From the IMG/VR virus record IMGVR_UViG_2671181134_000013: DNA of 6,152 nucleotides. One strand, written 5' to 3'. The notes under the pieces are model-generated. The model had not been told where the DNA came from and did not search any database. It worked only from the letters and a program-made list of their open reading frames with translations. The stretch is from a virus (taxonomy: Duplodnaviria; Heunggongvirae; Uroviricota; Caudoviricetes). Both the position numbers and the translations under genes were made by a program. Below are positions 1 to 5,958 of this stretch, piece after piece (the stretch's first letter is position 1; every line of letters starts with the position of its first letter).

Positions 1-1218
1 ATGAACAAACTGAGCGATACCTTGCTAAGGAAACTTCATGGTAAGCCAGCGGAGAAAAACACGTTTTATAGTGATGGCGGAAACCTGAGCGTGAAATATT
101 TAACATCAGGGAAATTGACCTGGTATTTCACATACAGGGCCGGAACGGGAAGGGAGACACGACCCGAACGCATTAAGCTGGGAAGTTATCCTGATCTGAG
201 CCTGAAAGCAGCCAGGGAAAAAGCCGCACAGTGTCGCACATGGCTGGCTGAGGGGAAAAATCCACGTCATGAGATGAATTACACCGTACAGGAAGCGTTA
301 AAGCCCGTAACGGTTGGCGATGCGCTCACCTACTGGCTTGAGTATTACGTAAAGGAAAACCGCGTGGATTATATCGCCCTGAAAAGGCGACTTAATAATC
401 ACGTAATACAGCAGATTGGTGCTATGCCGCTGGATAAATGCGAGCTACGGCACTGGCTGGCCTGTTTTGACCAGGTGGCAAAGCGAACGCCTGTTACTGC
501 CGGATTCGTGCTACAGGCGTGCAAACAGGCGCTTAAGTTCTGCCGTAGGCGGCGCTATGCAATCAGCAACGTTCTGGACGATCTGAACGTGGCGGACGTT
601 GGGAAAAAACCGGATATAAGCGAACGTGTCTTAAGTAACAAAGAACTTGGCGAATTATTGCAGGCACTGGACAAAAAAATATTCTCCCCTTACTACGTCG
701 CGTTAATCCGCCTCCTGATTGTCTTCGGAGCCAGAACGGTAGAACTGAGGTTATCGGAGATCGGGGAGTGGGATTTTACGGAAATGCTATGGACCGTTCC
801 GAAGGAGCACAGCAAAACGAAGGTCGCAATATTCCGGCCCATACCGGAAGCGATCCTGCCGTTCGTCACGCAGCTGGTGGAGCAGAACAGGCACACGGGC
901 TTATTGCTGGGGGAAGTGAAACAGGAGGCCAGCGTATCGCAGTATGGAAGATTAGCGCACAGGAGGCTTAATCATCCTCACTGGTCACTACATGACATCC
1001 GGCGCACCTTTACAACGATGCTGAACGATTTAGGCGTGGATCCTCACGTCGTGGAGCAGCTTACAGGCCACCAGATGCCAGGAATGCAGCGAGTTTATAA
1101 TCATTCCCGTTATCTGGATGCTAAACGCAATGCGCTGGATATGTGGACGGAGCGGTTAGGGATACTGGCGGGAACACATGAAAACGTAACCACGCTACCA
1201 GTAGCCAGAAGAAAATAA
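1..1218 (+). CDS. int: Tyrosine-type site-specific recombinase (P4 / CP4-57-family integrase), 405 aa
   Basis: N-terminus (LSDTLLRKL..GKP....FYSDGGNLSVKY...GKLTWYFTYR...IKLGSYPDLSLKAAREKA) matches the arm-binding domain pattern of P4-type integrases; C-terminus carries the catalytic box HDIRRTF and the tyrosine-containing RVYNHSRYLDAKRNALDMW. ATG is at window position 1, so the promoter, upstream start alternatives and any att/tRNA site are not visible. Stop TAA at 1216-1218. Confidence 0.9.
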   Translation: MNKLSDTLLRKLHGKPAEKNTFYSDGGNLSVKYLTSGKLTWYFTYRAGTGRETRPERIKLGSYPDLSLKAAREKAAQCRTWLAEGKNPRHEMNYTVQEALKPVTVGDALTYWLEYYVKENRVDYIALKRRLNNHVIQQIGAMPLDKCELRHWLACFDQVAKRTPVTAGFVLQACKQALKFCRRRRYAISNVLDDLNVADVGKKPDISERVLSNKELGELLQALDKKIFSPYYVALIRLLIVFGARTVELRLSEIGEWDFTEMLWTVPKEHSKTKVAIFRPIPEAILPFVTQLVEQNRHTGLLLGEVKQEASVSQYGRLAHRRLNHPHWSLHDIRRTFTTMLNDLGVDPHVVEQLTGHQMPGMQRVYNHSRYLDAKRNALDMWTERLGILAGTHENVTTLPVARRK

Positions 1219-1260
1219 TTTTTTTCGTGTTTTTTCAGTATGCACATACTGGATATGCGA

Positions 1261-1320
1261 ACAGATACAACGTGCAACAATGAGCAACAATGTGGAACAA
1301 CCACGAACAAGAGGCGAAAA
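1261..1320. repeat. Five to six tandem 10-bp units each ending in ACAA (consensus G-N-A-A-C-A-A), exactly helically phased
   Basis: Consecutive 10-mers acagatACAA / cgtgcaACAA / tgagcaACAA / tgtggaACAA / ccacgaACAA / gaggcgAAAA; ACAA recurs at 1267, 1277, 1287, 1297, 1307. Lies 43 bp after the int stop in the int-alpA intergenic region. Confidence 0.55.
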
Positions 1321-1582
1321 AGTGTACGGATTTATAAGTAGCTGATTTTTAATGCGTTACTGGTTTTTTATACACTAGCGAATCACTCTTTAACGAGCGA
1401 GAAAAAAGGCATGAAACAATATTTTATGCCTTTGTATTAACATGAATTTAAAAGATTTTATTCTTACTGTTTCATTTTCTGTAAATCATACATCCTCAGT
1501 ATTTGCCATTCATCACTCTAGCGGGAACAATACGACACAATAAGACACCTGATGACTCTTTAAGAAACGAAAGGGGGCAATA

Positions 1583-1771
1583 GTGTTAAGCACTGATCGG
1601 TTTATACGTGAAAAAGAATGCGAAAAACTAACCGGCCTTAGCCGTACGTGTCGCTACCGCCTGGAAAAGGCCGGACAATTCCCATCACGTCGTAAACTTG
1701 GCGGTCGTTCCGTTGGCTGGTCTTTATCCGAGGTTCTGGCCTGGAAGGATAGCTGCAAGGCAGTTCATTAA
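1583..1771 (+). CDS. alpA: AlpA / Vis-family (Phage_AlpA, MerR-like HTH) transcriptional regulator or excisionase, 62 aa
   Basis: Translation RFIREKECEKLTGLSRTCRYRLEKAGQFPSRRKLGGRSVGWSLSEVLAW fits the AlpA signature (TGLSRst.Yrl...G.FP.p.klg.rsvgW...E...W). GTG start at 1583 preceded by AAGGGGG (1571-1577). Confidence 0.85.
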   Translation: MLSTDRFIREKECEKLTGLSRTCRYRLEKAGQFPSRRKLGGRSVGWSLSEVLAWKDSCKAVH

Positions 1772-1917
1772 TCACGCTGGCGGCACGCAGCCGCCACACA
1801 TCAATCATCTGAACACAGAGCTATAACCATGAAGATTGAATATACGCCAGAACGTAGGCGGGGATTCGTTCGCCCTGGTGAAACTGAAAAACAACAAAAT
1901 TGGGGTTTTTCAGGCAT

Positions 1918-1945
1918 AACAAAAAGCGCCCAGTTACCTGAGCGC
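1918..1945 (-). terminator. Candidate rho-independent terminator for the minus-strand cassette (weaker on the plus strand)
   Basis: Stem 1926-1933 / 1938-1945 (GCGCCCAG / CTGAGCGC) with loop TTAC. On the minus strand the single mismatch becomes a G-U wobble and the stem is followed by UUUUUGUU (plus A-run 1921-1925). On the plus strand it is followed only by CTTTG. Confidence 0.4.
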
Positions 1946-2148
1946 CTTTGTGAACGATTAACCTGCTGCGAAAAAATTGGATCAGTGCAGGGGAATTATA
2001 TCAACTGTGTGAAGAAGCGCCACTATTGCCGGATAACAGGCAAAGAAAAGGCCACCAGTCACGGTGGCCCTGCGACACAAATTTCGCGTTATCCCCAACG
2101 CATGAGCATCGCCAACAATGCCACATTTGCGGCTGGTGGGCAATGCTA

Positions 2149-2322
2149 TCAGTCTGGTTCAGTTCGTTGCCATACCTGCAATGAGCGCTTTTCCCTGTAC
2201 TCTTTAAGGAATTGCTCAAGGGCAAAAGCACATGGCGCGAATCTTTCTGATTCATGCTCTATCTTTCTGCGCCGTCTTTTCCGTGCCGGTGATAATGTTT
2301 TGGTCAATTCTTTATCGGTCAT
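2149..2322 (-). CDS. Hypothetical small basic protein (57 aa from second ATG; 62 aa if ATG at 2337)
   Basis: Minus-strand ORF MTDKELTKTLSPARKRRRRKIEHESERF...; AGGA lies 7 nt upstream of the ATG at 2322. Lies 58 nt downstream of the RHH-like gene on the same strand. No recognisable domain. Confidence 0.25.
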   Translation of the reverse strand: MTDKELTKTLSPARKRRRRKIEHESERFAPCAFALEQFLKEYREKRSLQVWQRTEPD

Positions 2323-2379
2323 TGTGTTGTCCTGCATAGCAATGCGCCGTAATACCTCACACCACGGCGCTGATAGTGA

Positions 2380-2559
2380 TTATTCTGATTCTTTGGCCTT
2401 GCGGCGCTGGCGGCGTTTGATCTCGCCTTCAAGTGCCGAAACGATAAATTGCCCTGTACTTTCGCCATCTTCCTTTAAATTTTCTACAGCATCAGCTATT
2501 GCGTGTGGTACTCGAGCCTCAAGCTTTTTGGATTTTGCATTAACTGCTTTTGTTGCCAT
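2380..2559 (-). CDS. Small ribbon-helix-helix (Arc/CopG/MetJ-like) DNA-binding protein, 59 aa; candidate repressor
   Basis: Internal ATG at 2559 of the 106-aa minus ORF has GAGGAAA 8 nt upstream. Product MATKAVNAKSKKLEARVPHAIADAVENLKEDGESTGQFIVSALEGEIKRRQRRKAKESE aligns by eye with Arc (FNLRWP-REVLDLVRKVAEENGRS-VNSEIYQRVMESFKK): beta-strand LEARVP, helix A, G-x-S turn, helix B. Divergent from the plus-strand operon. Confidence 0.55.
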   Translation of the reverse strand: MATKAVNAKSKKLEARVPHAIADAVENLKEDGESTGQFIVSALEGEIKRRQRRKAKESE

Positions 2560-2580
2560 ATCTGATTTCCTCGTTATTAG

Positions 2581-2662
2581 GTGGCTGACAGTATACACAC
2601 AAGAAAACGGAAAAACACTATTGACGTGGCTGACACCCGTTACTAATATAGTGGCTGACACC
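2581..2662. repeat. Three direct repeats GTGGCTGACA(CC) in the divergent control region; putative operator sites
   Basis: Exact 10-mer at 2581-2590, 2626-2635 and 2651-2660; copies 2 and 3 share the 12-mer GTGGCTGACACC. Copy 1 is 21 bp upstream of the RHH start, copy 2 overlaps the -35/spacer of the plus promoter, copy 3 sits just downstream of the -10. Confidence 0.5.
2621..2649 (+). promoter_or_regulatory. Sigma70-like promoter for the plus-strand operon (P4 PLE-like position)
   Basis: TTGACG (2621-2626), 17-bp spacer, TAATAT (2644-2649). Located about 100 bp upstream of the first operon ORF. Confidence 0.35.
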
Positions 2663-2690
2663 TTTATCAAGGTAATCGATGAAAAGACAA

Positions 2691-2723
2691 AGCCCCGCAA
2701 GTGTCGTTACCACTCGCAGGGCT
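2691..2723. other. 13-bp-arm imperfect inverted repeat (hairpin) in the operon leader
   Basis: AGCCCCGCAAGTG-tcgttac-CACTCGCAGGGCT; 11 of 13 Watson-Crick pairs on the plus-strand RNA. Both mismatches become G-U wobbles on the minus-strand RNA, giving a 13-bp stem. No U-tract follows on either strand. Confidence 0.4.
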
Positions 2724-2753
2724 TCTAACCAACAACGTAAACTAGGAGCCGTT

Positions 2754-2954
2754 ATGGTTGCTGTAAATCATATACCACACCTTGTACACACACAAACGGC
2801 CTTTGTGTGGCGTTTTCTGGCACTGAGTGCCGGAGAATCTCAAATCATCCACGTAACCGCCTGGACGGAACGCGAAGCGCGTAGCCGTTGCCCGTCCGGT
2901 TGTGTTGCTGTATTCGCCGCCCGTATTCGTCAGGAGGTGTGCCATGTGCAATAA
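2754..2954 (+). CDS. Small protein, 66 aa, tentatively Icd-like (P4 host cell-division inhibitor family)
   Basis: ATG at 2754 with AGGAG (2744-2748) 5 nt upstream. Motif FVWRFLALS....TAWTEREARSR....VFAARIR resembles, from memory, the F.W.F.A...ER.AR...FAAR pattern of Icd-like proteins. Alternative start ATG 2679 (91 aa) with a weaker AAGGT. The 3' end overlaps the next ORF by 11 nt. Confidence 0.45.
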   Translation: MVAVNHIPHLVHTQTAFVWRFLALSAGESQIIHVTAWTEREARSRCPSGCVAVFAARIRQEVCHVQ

Positions 2955-3165
2955 AACCACACCGGACGCAGCCGCCGCCGCACTCACTACGCTGATGCAC
3001 GCGCTTATTGATATTGAATGCACGGCAGAGCTTGCGCAGGGAGAAGAACAGAAAGACCGGACACAGTTCGCCCTGGAATGTATCAGATACACCGCCACGC
3101 GGTCGCTGAATGAGGCTAAAAATATTCTTATTGCTGATTGTGAAAATGGGGGGGGGTATGCGTGA
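2944..3165 (+). CDS. Hypothetical protein, 73 aa
   Basis: ATG at 2944 preceded by AGGAGG (2933-2938, 5-nt spacing). Last codons before the stop read through the G9 tract (GGG-GGG-GGG-TAT-GCG-TGA). No recognisable domain. Confidence 0.55.
   Translation: MCNKTTPDAAAAALTTLMHALIDIECTAELAQGEEQKDRTQFALECIRYTATRSLNEAKNILIADCENGGGYA
3148..3156. repeat. G9 homopolymer at the junction of two small ORFs
   Basis: Nine consecutive G at 3148-3156, inside the last codons of ORF 2944-3165 and immediately upstream of ATG 3158 of the next ORF. Confidence 0.9.
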
Positions 3166-3379
3166 TGATCGTTTTAATTCCCTGAAACAGGAATTTTCCG
3201 GCGTTCCTGATGATGCGGCTGATGCGCTTTCGTCAATATCTGAAATTATGCGGGTGGCTTTTTTCTTTCTTTGCACTGATGAGCACAGGGATACAGGGCT
3301 AAATATTCTTGATATTGCCGCTAACTATGCTGATTTCGTGACAGAAGTTGTTTTAAGAAAAACGACGGACGGGGATTAA
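3158..3379 (+). CDS. Hypothetical protein, 73 aa (77 aa if ATG 3146; frame open back to 3110)
   Basis: ATG 3158 directly follows the G-run, which could act as a Shine-Dalgarno. Overlaps the upstream stop (TGA 3163-3165) by 8 nt. No recognisable domain. Confidence 0.5.
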   Translation: MRDDRFNSLKQEFSGVPDDAADALSSISEIMRVAFFFLCTDEHRDTGLNILDIAANYADFVTEVVLRKTTDGD

Positions 3380-3380
3380 T

Positions 3381-3614
3381 ATGCGTGATATTTACCTTGA
3401 AACAATAGACCGCGCATTTCTTGCACTTTCTCACAGTGAAAACATGCTGGAAATATTGCGCATATGGCTTGACACGCTTGGAGATAATGAACGCGACAAA
3501 CAAAAATCAAGAATTGCCACGGCATTAATAACGCTACTTGAGCCTGTAATAATGGAACTGCAAAAAATAGATCTATTGCACGACAGATATAAAGAACAGC
3601 ACACCGGAGAATAA
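3381..3614 (+). CDS. Hypothetical protein, 77 aa
   Basis: ATG 3381 is 1 nt after the upstream stop; GGGGA at 3371-3375. No recognisable domain. Confidence 0.55.
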   Translation: MRDIYLETIDRAFLALSHSENMLEILRIWLDTLGDNERDKQKSRIATALITLLEPVIMELQKIDLLHDRYKEQHTGE

Positions 3615-3619
3615 AAATA

Positions 3620-3919
3620 ATGAAACTTAAATATTCTGGCTTAACTGCCAGTGGCAACACTCACCCTAAATTTACGCGCGGTGATATTTACCGCGACCAG
3701 TACGGCGGCACGGTAATGATTAAGGGCGTGGCGGGACGGTGCGTAACTTACCGCCGTGAAGGTTACGAATATGATTGCGTGATGCCTGTTTATCAGTTCC
3801 GGCGTGATTTTTCTCTGGTACAGACCGCGCCGCATAACGTGCCCACCAGCAACGCCAGGGCACGGGCAAACATCCAGAAGCTGAAAACAATGATTAACGG
3901 ATTCAGGGGTAAAAAATGA
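3620..3919 (+). CDS. Hypothetical protein, 99 aa
   Basis: ATG 3620 with GGAGA at 3606-3610. Its stop overlaps the primase start (ATGA at 3916-3919), indicating translational coupling. No recognisable domain. Confidence 0.6.
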   Translation: MKLKYSGLTASGNTHPKFTRGDIYRDQYGGTVMIKGVAGRCVTYRREGYEYDCVMPVYQFRRDFSLVQTAPHNVPTSNARARANIQKLKTMINGFRGKK

Positions 3920-5670
3920 AACTGGCACCGAACGTAAAACAGCAGTCACGCGGCATAAAACACAAAGAAACAGAAGTCATTATTTTTGCGGGTAGTGATG
4001 CCTGGTCACACGCAAAACAATGGCAGGAACATGACGCGCGTATGGCCGGAGATAATGAGCCTCCTGTGTGGCTTGGGGAGCAGCAGTTATCAGAACTGGA
4101 TAAGCTGCAAATTGTGCCGGAAGGCAGAAAATCCGTGCGCATATTCAGGGCCGGATATCTTGCGCCAGTAATGATAAAGGCGATTGGTCAGAAGCTGGCG
4201 GCGGCAGGCGTACAGGATGCAAATTTTTACCCTGATGGTATGCACGGTCAGAAGGTGGAGAACTGGCGCGAATATCTGGCCAGTGAGCGCCAGAATCTTT
4301 CTGATGGGCTGGTTATTGAGCTTCCTGTAAAGCAAAAGGCGCAACTTTCGCAGATGGCGGACAGTGAGCGCGCTCAACTTCTTGCCGGACGATTTGATGG
4401 CGTTTGCGTGCATCCTGAAAGTGAAATCGTTCACGTATGGCGCGGCGGGGTATGGTGTCCGGTCAGCACAATGGAACTTAGCCGCGAAATGGTGGCGATC
4501 TATTCAGAGCACAGGGCCACTTTCAGCAAGCGCGTAATCAATAACGCCGTGGAAGCGTTAAAAGTTATTGCCGAACCAATGGGCGAGCCGTCCGGCGATT
4601 TGCTGCCGTTCGCCAATGGTGCGCTTGACCTGAAAACGGGGGAATTTTCCCCGCACACGCCGGAGAACTGGATCACCACGCACAACGGCATTGAGTACAC
4701 GCCACCAGCACCAGGGGAGAACATCCGCGATAACGCGCCAAACTTTCATAAATGGCTTGAGCACGCAGCCGGAAAAGACCCGCGCAAGATGATGCGTATA
4801 TGTGCCGCGCTGTACATGATTATAGCGAACCGGTACGACTGGCAGATGTTTATTGAGGCCACCGGAGATGGCGGGAGCGGTAAAAGTACATTCACGCACA
4901 TAGCCAGCCTTCTGGCAGGGAAACAGAACACGGTAAGCGCTGAAATGACGTCGCTTGATGATGCTGGTGGACGTGCGCAGGTTGTCGGGAGTCGTCTTAT
5001 CGTCCTGGCTGACCAGCCGAAATATACAGGCGAAGGAACGGGCATCAAGAAAATCACGGGCGGTGACCCCGTGGAAATTAACCCGAAATACGAAAAGCGT
5101 TTCACGGCTGTAATCAGGGCGGTGGTGCTGGCGACCAACAATAACCCGATGATATTCACCGAACGGGCCGGAGGTGTGGCACGTCGTCGCGTGATTTTCC
5201 GTTTCGACAATATCGTCAGTGAGGCCGAAAAAGACAGGGAGCTACCGGAAAAGATTGCGGCTGAAATCCCTGTCATTATCCGCCGATTGCTGGCGAACTT
5301 TACCGACTCTGAGAAAGCACGGGCTTTACTACTGGAACAGCGTGACGGTGATGAAGCTCTGGCAATAAAGCAACAGACGGATCCGGTTATTGAGTTTTGC
5401 CAGTTCCTGAATTTTCTGGAGGAAGCACGCGGCCTGATGATGGGCGGCGGTGGCGATTCAGTGAAGTACACGACCAGAAACAGCCTTTACCGCGTCTATC
5501 TGGCGTTTATGGCGTACGCAGGCAGGAGCAAACCGCTAAACGTAAATGACTTTGGCAAGGCTATGAAGCCAGCCGCGAAAGTTTACGGACATGAATATAT
5601 TACGCGGAAAGTTAAGGGAGTAACGCAGACTAACGCAATAACAACAGACGAGTGCGACGCGTTTTTATAA
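3916..5670 (+). CDS. Replication initiation protein: P4 alpha-like primase-helicase (D5_N / primase-C-terminal region plus SF3-type NTPase), 584 aa
   Basis: Walker A GDGGSGKST (about 4864-4890), Walker B-like hydrophobic strand LIVLADQ (about 4996-5016), and upstream PFANGALDLKTGEF...HTPENWITT typical of the D5_N/P4-primase C-terminal family. GGGG Shine-Dalgarno 6 nt before the ATG. The N-terminal 300 aa has no CxxC zinc motif that I can see. Confidence 0.88.
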   Translation: MKLAPNVKQQSRGIKHKETEVIIFAGSDAWSHAKQWQEHDARMAGDNEPPVWLGEQQLSELDKLQIVPEGRKSVRIFRAGYLAPVMIKAIGQKLAAAGVQDANFYPDGMHGQKVENWREYLASERQNLSDGLVIELPVKQKAQLSQMADSERAQLLAGRFDGVCVHPESEIVHVWRGGVWCPVSTMELSREMVAIYSEHRATFSKRVINNAVEALKVIAEPMGEPSGDLLPFANGALDLKTGEFSPHTPENWITTHNGIEYTPPAPGENIRDNAPNFHKWLEHAAGKDPRKMMRICAALYMIIANRYDWQMFIEATGDGGSGKSTFTHIASLLAGKQNTVSAEMTSLDDAGGRAQVVGSRLIVLADQPKYTGEGTGIKKITGGDPVEINPKYEKRFTAVIRAVVLATNNNPMIFTERAGGVARRRVIFRFDNIVSEAEKDRELPEKIAAEIPVIIRRLLANFTDSEKARALLLEQRDGDEALAIKQQTDPVIEFCQFLNFLEEARGLMMGGGGDSVKYTTRNSLYRVYLAFMAYAGRSKPLNVNDFGKAMKPAAKVYGHEYITRKVKGVTQTNAITTDECDAFL

Positions 5671-5683
5671 TTTTTTGTAATTG

Positions 5684-5910
5684 CTGTCTACCCTGTCTAC
5701 CTGAATAAAGAAAGATACATTTAATTCAGTGCATTAAGTTAGGTAGATAGCCTTTTTTTACTGTCTACCCACTATCTACCCTCTCTACCTGATTTTACCT
5801 GAATCAGACAGGGAGGTAGACACGGGGTAGATAGCGGATAAAAGCACTCTACCCCGCTGAAAGCCGCGCCATTACTGGCATGAGGGCCACTAAGGTAGAT
5901 AAGGTAGACA
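5684..5910. repeat. Iteron array, putative origin of replication: 11 copies of octamer T(G/A)TCTACC in both orientations around an AT-rich spacer
   Basis: Forward copies at 5685, 5694, 5762, 5773 (TATCTACC), 5782 (TCTCTACC) and 5848 (core TCTACC). Reverse copies GGTAGA(C/T)A at 5742, 5815, 5826, 5894, 5903. AT-rich segment 5703-5740. Lies immediately 3' of the primase-helicase gene. Confidence 0.6.
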
Positions 5911-5958
5911 AGGGGAGGCACAACTCAAAACTTTTTAAACGAGGGGGTAAAAATAAAT

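Noticed and set aside
693-971. Two 67-aa ORFs (693-896 minus, 768-971 plus) inside the integrase gene
   Set aside because: Embedded in or antisense to the integrase reading frame; no independent support.
1402-1435. Possible terminator hairpin AAAGGCAT...ATGCCTTT between int and alpA
   Set aside because: The stem is only about 8 bp and AT-rich with a 13-nt loop, and the T-run is part of the stem rather than trailing it. Too weak to call.
1503-1531. Candidate alpA promoter TTGCCA-17-AACAAT
   Set aside because: The -10 matches the consensus at only 4 of 6 positions and nothing else supports it. It is plausible but not distinguishable from chance in an AT-rich region.
2001-2255. 84-aa minus-strand ORF
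   Set aside because: Overlaps the slightly better supported 57-aa minus ORF in another frame; Cys/Trp/His-rich with no RBS. Neither is strong, and this one is weaker.
1829-2728. Longest unassigned ORF in the window, 299 aa on the plus strand
   Set aside because: No Shine-Dalgarno before its ATG and a Cys/Ser/Arg-rich, low-complexity translation with no recognisable motif. It runs antisense to the better-supported minus-strand RHH gene (which has a good RBS and a fold-like sequence) and straight through the operator and promoter region. Most likely a chance open frame, though part of 1829-2148 remains unexplained.
3321-4434. Minus-strand ORFs (60-114 aa) overlapping the small-ORF operon and the 5' part of the primase gene
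   Set aside because: All are antisense to plus-strand genes that have good ribosome-binding sites and coupled junctions; translations look like antisense artefacts.
4746-5471. 241-aa minus-strand ORF inside the primase-helicase gene
   Set aside because: Entirely antisense to a confidently assigned gene; Ser/Arg/Pro/Ala-rich composition typical of the reverse frame of coding DNA; no RBS or motif.
5684-5910. Possibility that the repeat cluster is a CRISPR array
   Set aside because: Units are only 8 bp, occur in both orientations with irregular spacing and no unique spacers of uniform length. This is iteron architecture, not CRISPR.
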